Positions 10,292 to 19,404 of a stretch of 64,000 nucleotides of DNA are shown piece by piece. The notes beneath the pieces are model-generated. The model was given only the letters and a program-made list of their open reading frames with translations, searched no databases and was not told where the DNA came from. The stretch lies in the NCBI GenBank assembly GCA_963732385.1, contig CAVSZB010000007.1, forward strand, positions 1,408,001 to 1,472,000. Direction: 5' to 3'. A program made the position numbers and the translations under genes. Each line of letters starts with the position of its first letter. Position 1 is the stretch's first letter. The stretch is from an uncultured bacterium. Its GTDB lineage: Bacteria > Krumholzibacteriota > Krumholzibacteriia > LZORAL124-64-63.

Positions 10292-10481
10292 GGCGCCGGC
10301 TCCGCGGGTCCCTCCCGTCGTGGCACATTTACCCCTGCCGGCCCCAACCCGAATCCAGCCGCACTACAATGCAGCGTCGGGCGAGCACCAAACAGCTTCC
10401 GTGCGGTTCCCTCGACGTCCTCCCGCACGAAGTACGGGACATTGACAATGCCGGCGTCAGAAACCGCCGCCGCCTGAAACG

Positions 10482-10979
10482 TCAGCGGGCCGGCAGATCG
10501 AGCAACTTCTTGCGGGTATAGGGGATGAGCCCGCCGGCGTCGATGATCGCCTGGCGCGCCGGCGGCAGGGGCACGGTGGCGAACTCCCTGCCGCTGGTCC
10601 TGTTCAGGACCCTGCCTGGAACGAGCTTAATGTCGTCCCCCTCGTTCGCCTCGATGGTCGGGCAGATGATCAGGTTCAGGCCGAGGTTGATGGCGTTCTG
10701 CAGGAAGATGCGCGCGATGCTCCGGGCGACGATGATGAGTTCGTGGCCCCGGATGGCGCTCACCGCCTGCTCGCGGCTCGAGCCGCAGCCGAAGTTCTCG
10801 TCGGCGACGACGACGCTGCCCGCCGGAATCGCCCCGGCCTTGAGCCGGCCGTTGAACTCCGTGCGATCGTTGAAGCAGAACTGCGGCGTCTCGGTCGGCA
10901 GGACCGTGGCCATGAACCGGCCGGGGTAGATGTCATCGGTGCTGATGTCCTTGCCGAGCTTCAGTACGACCTGGCCCAT
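10482..10979 (-). CDS. LeuD/HacB-type (homo)aconitase-family small subunit
   Basis: DISTDDIYPGRF, ENFGCGSSREQA, ARIFLQNAINLGL, IIDAGGLIPY. Confidence 0.9.
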   Translation of the reverse strand: MGQVVLKLGKDISTDDIYPGRFMATVLPTETPQFCFNDRTEFNGRLKAGAIPAGSVVVADENFGCGSSREQAVSAIRGHELIIVARSIARIFLQNAINLGLNLIICPTIEANEGDDIKLVPGRVLNRTSGREFATVPLPPARQAIIDAGGLIPYTRKKLLDLPAR

Positions 10980-10980
10980 G

Positions 10981-12273
10981 TTAACGTCCTCCTGCGCGCG
11001 GATCGGTGATGACGCCGGTGATGGCGCTGGCCGCGGCGACGGCGGCGCTGCACAGGTAGACCTCGGATTTCGGGTTGCCCATGCGACCCTTGAAGTTGCG
11101 GTTGGTGGTGGCGAACGCCACCTCCTCGTCCCCGAGCGCCCCCTGATGGATGCCCAGACACGGCCCGCAGCCCGAGTTCATCACCACGGCGCCGGCCTTC
11201 ATGAACTCCTGCAGGTAGCCGGCCTCGAGGGCCTGGGCGTAGATCCGCCCGGAGGCCGGAAAGACCAGCATGCGCGTGCCCTGCGCGACCTTCCTGCCCT
11301 TGAGGATCCCGGCGGCGATTTCCAGATCGTCCAGGCGGCCGTTCGTGCAGCTGCCGATCACGATCTGCTGGATCGGCTTGCCGGCGACCTCGTCGACCGG
11401 CTTGACGTTGTCGACCATGTGCGGACAGGCGATCTGCGGCGCGAGCCGCGACACGTCGATCTCGACGACCTTCTCGTAGACAGCATCGGCATCCGGCAGG
11501 ACCCGCTCGATGGGCCCGGTGACGCCGGCCTCCTGGCGCAGGTAGCGCTCGGTCTCGTCGTCGGCGGGCACGATGCCGCTCGTGGCGCCGGCCTCGACGC
11601 TCATGTTGCAGACGACGAGGCGCCCGCTCGTGGACATCGCTCCCGATCGTGTCGCCGTGGAACTCGAGCACGCGGAAGTTCGCGCCCTGCGCCGTGAGCC
11701 GGCCGATCAGGTGCAGGATCAGGTCCTTCGGCCCGACGTGTTCCGGGAACTTGCCGGTGACGATGACCTTGATGGTCGGCGGCACCTCGATGTTGAGCGC
11801 GACGCCGAGCGTCCAGACCGAGGCCATCTCGGTGGCGCCGATGCCGAAGGAGAAGCGCCCAGCGCTCCGTGGCTGGTCGTGTGGCTGTCGGTGCCGACGA
11901 CCACGAAACCGGGCCGGACGTAGCCGTACTCCGGCAGGATCTGGTGGCAGATGCCGCCGCGGTCGCCGCGGATGTCGTGGAATTTGGCGATTCCGTGCTG
12001 CGCCACGAAGCCGCGGATGAGCTTGTGGTTGGTGGCGGTCTTGGGCCCCTCGGCCGGCACACGGTGATCGAAGATGATGGCGATGCGGGAGGGATCCCAG
12101 GGTTTGGGCTCGCGACCCGTACCCTGATAGATCTCCTTGAACTGGTTGATGACCAGGGCCGCGTTCTCGTGCGACATGGCGAGATCGACCTGCGGCTCCG
12201 TGATGTCAAGGGCCTTGACGACCTTCACGCCCGCCGCTTTGGCCAGGATCTTTTCGACGACTGTCATTCCCAT
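10981..12273 (-). CDS. LeuC/HacA-type (homo)aconitase-family large subunit, interrupted by two single-base frameshifts (about 11855 and 11643)
   Basis: Three frames join into MGMTVVEKILA...DHRVP...GICHQ...GTDSHTTSHGALGA[FSFGIGATE]MASVW...KDLILHLIG...CNMSVEAGA...IGSCTNGR...GCGPCLG...TNRNFKGRMG. Confidence 0.88.
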
Positions 12274-12299
12274 CGTAGCTCCTCATCACGGCCGGGGTT

Positions 12300-13507
12300 T
12301 CAGATGACTGCCTTCTGCTTGAGTTCGGCGAGCTGAGCCTCGGCGAAGCCCAGGCGGCCCAGGATCTCGGCGTTGTGCTGTCCGAGCGTCGGCGGCGGGG
12401 TGGTGACGGCGCCCGACGCGCCGTCGAACAGGGCGGTGAGGCCGAAGACCTCGATCTCGCCCAGACCTGGCACGTCCACCTTCTGCAGGACCCCTCGGTG
12501 CTCGATCTGAGGCTGGCGCAGCGCCTGCTTCAAGCTCAGGATCTCGCCGCTCGGCACGTCGCGCGCGTTCAGGGCCTCGACCCAGTGCAGTGTCGGCTTC
12601 CGGGTGAGACGCGCTTCGAGGAGCGGCGTCAGGGCCTTGCGGTTCTTCTTGCGGGTGTCGCGCTCCTGGAAGCGCGGATCGACCTTCAGCTCCGGGAGCT
12701 CGAGGACATCGCAGACCGCCTCCCACTGCTCCTGCTTGTTGGCGGCGATGTTGATGTGGCCGTCGAGCGTGCTGAAGGTGCCGCTCGGCGCCGCGGTGAA
12801 GTTGTCGTTGCCCATGACGGGCGGCTCGTGTCCGCCGATCAGGAGGTTCGCGACCACCCAGCCCATCAGCGGCATGATCGAGTCGAGGAGCGCGACATCG
12901 ATGCACTGGCCCTGCGCCGGTCCGCTCGCGGTGGAAGAGGGCGGCCATGACCGCGAACGCCGCGTTCAGCCCGCCCACGGTGTCGCAGACGGGAAAGCCG
13001 GCGCGCAGCGGCGTCAGCCGTTCGTCGCCGTTGATCGCCATCTCGCCGGAGAGCCCCTGGATGATCTGGTCGTAGGCCGGCTTGTCGGCGTCCGGGCCGG
13101 TCTGGCCGAAGCCGGAGATCCCGCAGTAGACGAGCCGGGGATTGATCTCGCGCAGGACGTCGTAGCCGAGCCCGAGCCGCTCCATGACGCCGGGCCGGAA
13201 GTTCTCGATCACGCACGTCGGCGTCCCGGACGAGACGTTTGAAGATCTCCTTGCCCTCCGGGCTCTTGGTGTTGAGGGTCACCGACTTCTTGTTGCAGTT
13301 CTGCGCCAGGAAGCTCGTCCCCATCAGCCGCTTGTTGTACTCGGGAACGATCCCGAGCTTGCGGGCCAGATCACCGTCCTTGGGGTTCTCGATCTTGATG
13401 ACCTCCGCGCCCAGCAGCGCCAGGTGGAGCGAGGCGAACGGACCGGAGAGGACGTTGGTGAGGTCAAGGACCTTGATGCCGTCGAGAATGCGCGGTTTGT
13501 CTGTCAT
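12300..13507 (-). CDS. family III (CaiB/BaiF) CoA-transferase, interrupted by two single-base frameshifts (about 13214 and 12914)
   Basis: LDGIKVLDLTNVLSGPF, LGAEVIKIE, NKKSVTLN, [V]IENFRPGVM, YDQIIQGLSG (catalytic Asp region), [GQCIDVALLDS], PPTLGQHNAEIL. Confidence 0.88.
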
Positions 13508-13522
13508 CGCAGCACCTGTCTG

Positions 13523-14419
13523 TTAGAAGAGCGGTCCGGTCTTGTGGACCCGGCCCGGCATCTCCCGGCCGAAATGTGTGGCGACCTCGCGGGCCACGGC
13601 GATGATCGCGTCGAGATCGATCTCCTCGCGCAGGCCGCTGCGGCGGAGGGCGTGGACCAGGTCCTCGGTGGCCACGTTGCCGGCCGCTACCTTCGTGAAC
13701 GGGCAGCCGCCCAGGCCGGCGACCGAGGTTTCGAAGCTCACGACCCCCGACTCCAGCGCGGCATAGATGTTCGCCATGCCGAGTCCGTAGGTGTCGTGGA
13801 AGTGGCACGTGCAGCGGATCTCCGGCGCGAGTTCCCGGATCCTGCCGAACAGCCGCCTCACCTGCCCGGGATACGCGTGGCCGGCGGTGTCGGCGAGGCT
13901 GATGTTCGTGAGACCCGCCTCGAGATAAGCGGCGACGATGCCGAGGACCCGCTCCTCGGCCACGCGGCCCTCGAAGCCGCAGCCGAACGCGCTCTGCACC
14001 GAGACCTGGATCTTTTTGCCGGCCGCGACCGCCGCCCTGGCCGTGGCGATGATGCGGCGCTGAGCCTCCTCCGACCCCATGCCGGTGTTCTTCAGGCTGT
14101 GCGTCTCGGAGGCCGAGACCCCGAGGCAGAACATCTCCACGCCGCACGCGAGGCCGCGCTCGAGCCCCTTCTCGTTGAGCACGAGGCCCGAGAGAATCGT
14201 TCGGCCTCTCGGCTCAGCGACGAGAGTGCGGAAGAGCGCGTCCGTGTCGGCCATCTGCGGCACCTTCTCGGGGTGCACGAACGAACCGACCTGGACGATG
14301 TCCAGGCCCGCGGCGATCAGCGACCGGATCCACCCGAGCTTCTGCTCGGTCGCGACCACCTGCTTCTCGACCTGCAGGCCGTCCCGGGGACCGACTTCGT
14401 GGATGATGATCTCGGACAT
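13523..14419 (-). CDS. HMG-CoA-lyase-family (DRE-TIM) acyl-CoA lyase
   Basis: HEVGPRDGLQ, GSFVHPEKVPQMAD, SASETHS, LADTAG, HFHDTYGLG, GLGGCPF, GNVATEDL. The frame is intact. Confidence 0.92.
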   Translation of the reverse strand: MSEIIIHEVGPRDGLQVEKQVVATEQKLGWIRSLIAAGLDIVQVGSFVHPEKVPQMADTDALFRTLVAEPRGRTILSGLVLNEKGLERGLACGVEMFCLGVSASETHSLKNTGMGSEEAQRRIIATARAAVAAGKKIQVSVQSAFGCGFEGRVAEERVLGIVAAYLEAGLTNISLADTAGHAYPGQVRRLFGRIRELAPEIRCTCHFHDTYGLGMANIYAALESGVVSFETSVAGLGGCPFTKVAAGNVATEDLVHALRRSGLREEIDLDAIIAVAREVATHFGREMPGRVHKTGPLF

Positions 14420-14423
14420 TGCG

Positions 14424-15541
14424 CTACAGCTTCCTGGCGATCGCCTCGCCCATCTCCAGGGTCGTGGCGCTGCCGCCCATGTCGTACGTGCGCACGCTGC
14501 CTTCGGCGATGACCTGGGCGGTGGCCTGCTCGAGCCGGGCGCCCTTTTCGGTCTCGCCCAGCCATTCCAGCATCATCTTGCCGGCGAGGATGGTGGCGAT
14601 GGGATTCACCTTGTACTGGCCGGCGTACTTGGGCGCGCTGCCGTGGCTCGGCTCGAACACGGCGAGCTTCTCGCCGATGTTGCCGGAGCAGCCGAAGCCG
14701 AGGCCGCCCACCATCTGCGCCGCGAGGTCGCTGACGATGTCGCCGAACATGTTGGTGGCGACGAGCACGCCGTAGCTCCGGGGATTCTTGAGAAGCCACA
14801 TGCAGATGGCGTCGATGTTCGCGTCGTCCATCTGGATCCCCGGGTAGTCTTTGGCGATCCGCTTTCCGGTCTCCAGGAACAGGCCCTCGGTCGCGCGCAC
14901 CACGTTGGCCTTGTGGATCACGGTGACCTTCGGGTAGTTGAACTTCCTGGCGTACTCGAAGGCGGCACGGATGATCCGCTCGCAACCCTTGTTCGTGTTG
15001 ATCTTGCAGCTGATGGCGTAGTCGTGGCCCGGCAGGCTGGCGAAATGAGCGAACGGCTTGCTGAGCCGGCTCAGGACGCTGACGAGTTCGTCCGGGACCG
15101 GGCTGAACTCGACGCCGGCATAGAGATCCTCCGTGTTCTCGCGGAAGACCACGAGGTCGATGCCCTCCTTGTAGTTGAGAGGGTTGCCAGGATAGGCCTT
15201 GCAGGGCCGCAGGCAGGTGTAGAGGTCGAACAGCTGCCGCATGCGGACGATGGGACTGCGGTAGACCAGCCCCTTGCCCTGCAGCTCCGGGATGAGCTCG
15301 CGCTCCGCGTCCTTCACCGGCTTGGAGGTGATGGCGCCGAACAGAGCCGCGTCACTTGACCTCAGAAGCTCGACCGTGCGCTCCGGGAAGGCGTCGCCCT
15401 CCGGCACCAGAACTCCCAGCCGATGTCGCCGTGCGTGTAGGTGGCGTCGAACTTGAGGGCGTCGAGACAGATCCTGGTCGCCTCCATGACTTCCACGCCC
15501 ACGCCGTCACCCGGCAGCCATGCGATCTTGTACCTGCTCAT
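14424..15541 (-). CDS. beta-decarboxylating dehydrogenase, homoisocitrate-dehydrogenase-like; frameshift at about 15401
   Basis: MSRYKIAWLPGDGVGVEV (ATG at 15541, GGAGG RBS) joins EGDAFP...LFGAITS...YRSPIVRMRQ...RENTEDLY...HKANV...NMFGDIVSD...FEPSHGSAP. Confidence 0.88.
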
Positions 15542-15732
15542 GGATCCTCCATGGGGCCGTGCCTGGGCGACCTGATCCGCCGCACCATGCATTTTTAGAA
15601 TGATCGAGGAGAAGCGACAATTCATCTCCCCGAGCCGATCACGGAACTTAATCCTTGTATTCAAGTGAATTATGATGCACTGTCGGCCATGATCACAAAC
15701 GATGATTTTTCAGGAACCAGTTCCAAAAAGTC

Positions 15733-16629
15733 ATGAACACTAAGCGTGTCCTCCCATCACTCACCGCGCTCCAGTTCTTCGAAGCCGCGGTGCGCCACAT
15801 GAGCTTCACCCGGGCGGCGCGAGAGCTGAACGTCACGCAGAGCGCCGTAAGCCGCCAGATCCGACAACTCGAGGAGCACGTCGGCAGGCCGCTGTTCCGC
15901 CGCCTCAAGCAGCGGCTGGTCCTGACCGAGCCCGGCGAGGCCTACTTCATAGCCGTGCGCGAACTGCTCGACCGCGCCGAGGCGGCCACCCTCCAGCTGA
16001 TGGCCTACGGCAGCGGAGGCGGCCTGCTGACCGTCGCTTTGCTGCCCACCTTCGGATCGCGGTGGCTCGTCCCCCGGCTCGGCGACTTCACGACGCAGCA
16101 TCCCGACATCCAGCTCAACCTGGTGACGCAGGTAAAGCCGTTCGACTTCGCCGGCAGCGAAATCGACGTGGCCATCCACTTCGGCAGCGAGGTCTGGCCG
16201 GGCGCGATCTGCCACCGGCTGATGGGCGAAGTGGTCGTTCCGGTGGCGGCGCCCTCCCTGCTCGGACGCTCCCGGCTGACCCGCCCCGAGGACGTGGGCC
16301 GCTACACGCTGCTACAGCACGTGACGCGCTCACAGGCCTGGCAGGAGTGGCTTCACGCCTGCGGCGTGGAAGAGCTCGACGGCCACGTGGGGCCGCGCTT
16401 CGAGCAGTTCCACATGGTCATCCAGGCCGCCATCGCCGGCCTCGGGCTCGCGGTCCTGCCCCGGTTCCTGATCCAGGACGAGCTCACGAGCGGCAGGCTC
16501 GTCGTCGCGATCGACCGACCGGTGAAAAGCGAGCATGCGTACTACCTCGTCCATCCGGAGCGCAAGGCGGACCTCCAGCGCGTCACGGTGTTTCGTGACT
16601 GGTTGCTGCAGCAGTGCGCGGGAGGGTAG
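15733..16629 (+). CDS. LysR-family regulator (GcvA/GcdR-like), divergent from the dehydrogenase operon
   Basis: LPSLTALQFFEAAVRHMSFTRAARELNVTQSAVSRQI HTH; PTFGSRWLVPRL, HRLMGE and GPRFEQF are typical of the GcdR/GcvA subgroup. Confidence 0.92.
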   Translation: MNTKRVLPSLTALQFFEAAVRHMSFTRAARELNVTQSAVSRQIRQLEEHVGRPLFRRLKQRLVLTEPGEAYFIAVRELLDRAEAATLQLMAYGSGGGLLTVALLPTFGSRWLVPRLGDFTTQHPDIQLNLVTQVKPFDFAGSEIDVAIHFGSEVWPGAICHRLMGEVVVPVAAPSLLGRSRLTRPEDVGRYTLLQHVTRSQAWQEWLHACGVEELDGHVGPRFEQFHMVIQAAIAGLGLAVLPRFLIQDELTSGRLVVAIDRPVKSEHAYYLVHPERKADLQRVTVFRDWLLQQCAGG

Positions 16630-16693
16630 GATAGATGAGCACGCGGGCGTCGGGACCGAGGCCTGAGCCAACCGTTTGCTTCCGGGGGATGGC

Positions 16694-17359
16694 ATGACCG
16701 AGACTTCGTTGGCGATCCTCGTCTGGACGGCGATTTCGATCGGGGTCACGCATACGGTGATCGGGCCTGACCACTACGTTCCGTTCATCGCGCTGGCGCG
16801 AGCGCGGGGCTGGACGGGCGGGCGGACGCTCGCGGTGACGGCGCTGTGCGGGGTGGGGCATGTGCTGTCATCGGTGGTGATCGGGGGGCTTGGCATCGGC
16901 CTGGGAACGGCGCTTGGCCGCCTCGAAGCGATCGAGAGCGCGCGGGGCGAATGGGCCAGTTGGGGGCTGATCCTGTTCGGGGTCGGGTATGGGGTCTGGG
17001 GGTTGTGGCGGGCGCGGCGGGGGCATGGGCATCGGCATCTGCCGGGAGGCGGGCATCTGCACGACCACGAAGCACGGTCGGTCACGTTCTGGACGCTGTT
17101 CATCGTGTTCGTGCTGGGGCCTTGCGAGCCGCTCATTCCGCTGCTGATGTTTCCGGCGGCGAAGCATGACTGGGCGGGGGTCTGGGTGGTGACGGGGGCG
17201 TTCGGGGTCGCCACGATCGGCGCCATGTGCGCGCTGGTGCTGGCGGGGAGACGGGGGCTGGCGCGGGTGCGGCTGGCGGGGCTGGAGCGCTATGCGCATG
17301 CGCTCGCGGGCGGCATCATCGCGATGTCGGGGGCGGCGATCCGGCTGTTCGGGATCTGA
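16694..17359 (+). CDS. His-rich nickel/cobalt permease-like membrane protein (NiCoT/UreH/RcnA-like)
   Basis: HTVIGPDHYVPF, GHVLSS, a His-rich loop GHGHRH...HLHDHE, GPCEPLIP, about 6 hydrophobic segments; lies beside a NiFe hydrogenase operon. Confidence 0.75.
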   Translation: MTETSLAILVWTAISIGVTHTVIGPDHYVPFIALARARGWTGGRTLAVTALCGVGHVLSSVVIGGLGIGLGTALGRLEAIESARGEWASWGLILFGVGYGVWGLWRARRGHGHRHLPGGGHLHDHEARSVTFWTLFIVFVLGPCEPLIPLLMFPAAKHDWAGVWVVTGAFGVATIGAMCALVLAGRRGLARVRLAGLERYAHALAGGIIAMSGAAIRLFGI

Positions 17360-17372
17360 GGGACAGCGCAGG

Positions 17373-17861
17373 TCAGACGTCGGCAGCCAGCAGCTCGCGC
17401 ACTGCGACCAGGATCTCGTCGCGCAGAGCGGGGTAGCGCGCCTCGAGCTCCTCGGTCATCCGCTCGCTGAAGGTCAGGTTGTCGACGATCTCCACGGCGA
17501 AAATATGGATCTCCGCATCGGGCGGCAGGCGCAGGCCGAGACGACGGCCGAGCTCCAGCGCGGTGGCGAAGTTCGTATCGTGGACGTTGGACAGGTTCAT
17601 CGTCGGGCGCAGGGCGGCGGCGGTGAACCGGTGCCAGGCGCCGGGCAGCGCATCGCGGGTCTTGACCGAGTCGAGGCAGACGAGGCGGTCGTGGCCCTGC
17701 AGGACGTCGAGCAGGTTGAGACCGCCGACGGAGCATTCCTCCAGCCAGGCCAGGGCGGGGCGGTCGCCGAGCGCGAGGCGCAGGTCGCGCGCCAGGCGCA
17801 CGCCGACGGCGTCGTCGGTCAGGATCGGGTTGCCGAGGCCCACGACCAGGGTCGTCATCAT
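17373..17861 (-). CDS. NiFe hydrogenase maturation protease
   Basis: VVGLGNPILTDDAVG, conserved D in LVCLDSV, and H in NVHD. Confidence 0.9.
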   Translation of the reverse strand: MMTTLVVGLGNPILTDDAVGVRLARDLRLALGDRPALAWLEECSVGGLNLLDVLQGHDRLVCLDSVKTRDALPGAWHRFTAAALRPTMNLSNVHDTNFATALELGRRLGLRLPPDAEIHIFAVEIVDNLTFSERMTEELEARYPALRDEILVAVRELLAADV

Positions 17862-17937
17862 CGGGCGTCTCCGCGGGGATTTCGGGGCGCCGGCCGAGGT
17901 CCGATCGGGACGACGCCTCCCGCTGCCGGGCGATCGC

Positions 17938-19404
17938 TCAGCAGTTCCGCTTGATCGTCTGCACCAGTTCCCCGCCGCGGATCAGTCGCACCTCGAGCGG
18001 CATCTGGCCCGGGAGGCTGTGCGTGGCGCAGGAGTAGCACGGATCGAAGGCGCGGAAGCCCATCTCGATCATGTTCAGGATGCCCTCATTGGCCGGCTGG
18101 CCAGGCTTGATCAGCGCTTTGGCGATCTTGCGGGTCACCATGTGGATGGGGGCGTTGTTGTTCGTGGTGCCGACGATCAGGTTGGCGCTCGTGCAGATGC
18201 CGTTCTCGTCGCAGGTGTAGTGGTGCGTCAGGGTGCCGCGCATCGCCTCGACGATGCCAACCCCCTCCCCCGTGATCTTCTGCGGCACGACGCGGTAGCG
18301 GGCGCCGGTGATCTCGGGATCGGCGCAGTGGCGCTGCAGCATCTCCGCGTTCTGCACCATCTCCACGAGGCGGGCCCAGTGATTCGCCAGCAGCGCCCGG
18401 CAGGGGTGGCCGCCGAGCGTGGTGAACATCTCCTCGAACGCGATCTGCGCCTGTGGCGTGGCCATCCGGTCGGCCACGTTGAGGCGGGCGAGCGGCGTGG
18501 CGCAGTAGAGGCTGGAGTCCTCCCCCTCCACGAATCCCTTCCAGCCGCGCTGCTTCAGGTAGGGGAACTTGAGGTAGCTCCACGGCTCCACGTGCTCGGC
18601 CACGTATTCGTGGTACTCCTCGGGACGGTAGCGGCAGATCTCATGGCCGTGGAAGTCGACCACGCGCACCTGACCATGGTAGAAGTTGGGGGCGTTGTTC
18701 TCGTCGACCAGCCCCATGTTGTGCACGTCGAGCGTGTACGGCCCGTTGACGATCAGGTCCACGTAGCCGGGGTTGCCGAGCACCACGTCGCGGAACAGCT
18801 GCAGCGAGAACTGCGTGAAGTCGTACAGCTCGGCCACGAGGGGCCGGATCCGCTCCAGCTCCTCCGGCGTGCACCCCTTCGACACGCCGCCCGGCAGGCA
18901 CCACACCAGGTGCGTGCTGCGCCCGCCCAGGATCGTCTGGATCTCCTGCGCCATGGCGCGCGCCCTGATGACGGCGCCGCCGATCTCCAGGCCGACCTTC
19001 GCCACCACGCCGAGGATGTTGCGCGTGGCGGGATCGCTGTCGGGACCGCAGACGAAGTCGGGGGCGGCCAGCGCGTAGAAGTGGGCGATGTGGCTGTGGA
19101 TGTAATGCGCGTGGTAGTACATGTCGCGCAGCTTGTGCGCCAGCGGGGGGCACTCGCCGCCGAAGCAGCCGTCAACCGCCTTGGCGCTCGCCATGTGGTG
19201 ACTGGCGGGGCAGACGCCGCAGATCCGCGTCACGATGCGCGGCAGCTCCTCGATCGGCCGCCCGACGACGAAGCGTTCGAACCCGCGCAGTTCGGGGATC
19301 TGGAAATAGGTGTCGCGCACCGAGCCGTCGTCGTTGAGGAAGATCGAGATCTTGCCGTGCCCCTCGAGGCGCGTGATCGGATCGATGTGGATCGTCCGCG
19401 TCAT
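17938..19404 (-). CDS. mvhA: group 3c NiFe hydrogenase large subunit
   Basis: IDPITRLEGHGKI, L1 motif RICGVC, L2 motif RAFDPCYSCATH followed by a cleavable C-terminal extension. The ATG at 19404 overlaps the mvhG stop. Confidence 0.93.
   Translation of the reverse strand: MTRTIHIDPITRLEGHGKISIFLNDDGSVRDTYFQIPELRGFERFVVGRPIEELPRIVTRICGVCPASHHMASAKAVDGCFGGECPPLAHKLRDMYYHAHYIHSHIAHFYALAAPDFVCGPDSDPATRNILGVVAKVGLEIGGAVIRARAMAQEIQTILGGRSTHLVWCLPGGVSKGCTPEELERIRPLVAELYDFTQFSLQLFRDVVLGNPGYVDLIVNGPYTLDVHNMGLVDENNAPNFYHGQVRVVDFHGHEICRYRPEEYHEYVAEHVEPWSYLKFPYLKQRGWKGFVEGEDSSLYCATPLARLNVADRMATPQAQIAFEEMFTTLGGHPCRALLANHWARLVEMVQNAEMLQRHCADPEITGARYRVVPQKITGEGVGIVEAMRGTLTHHYTCDENGICTSANLIVGTTNNNAPIHMVTRKIAKALIKPGQPANEGILNMIEMGFRAFDPCYSCATHSLPGQMPLEVRLIRGGELVQTIKRNC

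Noticed and set aside
10240..10480. Metal-sensing riboswitch or island attachment site; small palindrome CATTGACAATG at 10440-10450
   Set aside because: No recognisable riboswitch consensus, tRNA end or direct repeat matching the 16630-16690 side was found. The palindrome alone is too short to call.
11640..15405. Programmed ribosomal frameshifting as the cause of the split genes
   Set aside because: No slippery heptamers occur at the junctions, the shifts go in both directions, and two genes would each need two events.
10482..15541. Plain leuBCD leucine biosynthesis operon
   Set aside because: There are no leuA or ilv genes, a lyase and a CoA-transferase are embedded in the operon, and the motifs look closer to homoisocitrate/homoaconitate enzymes. 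leu symbols were therefore withheld.
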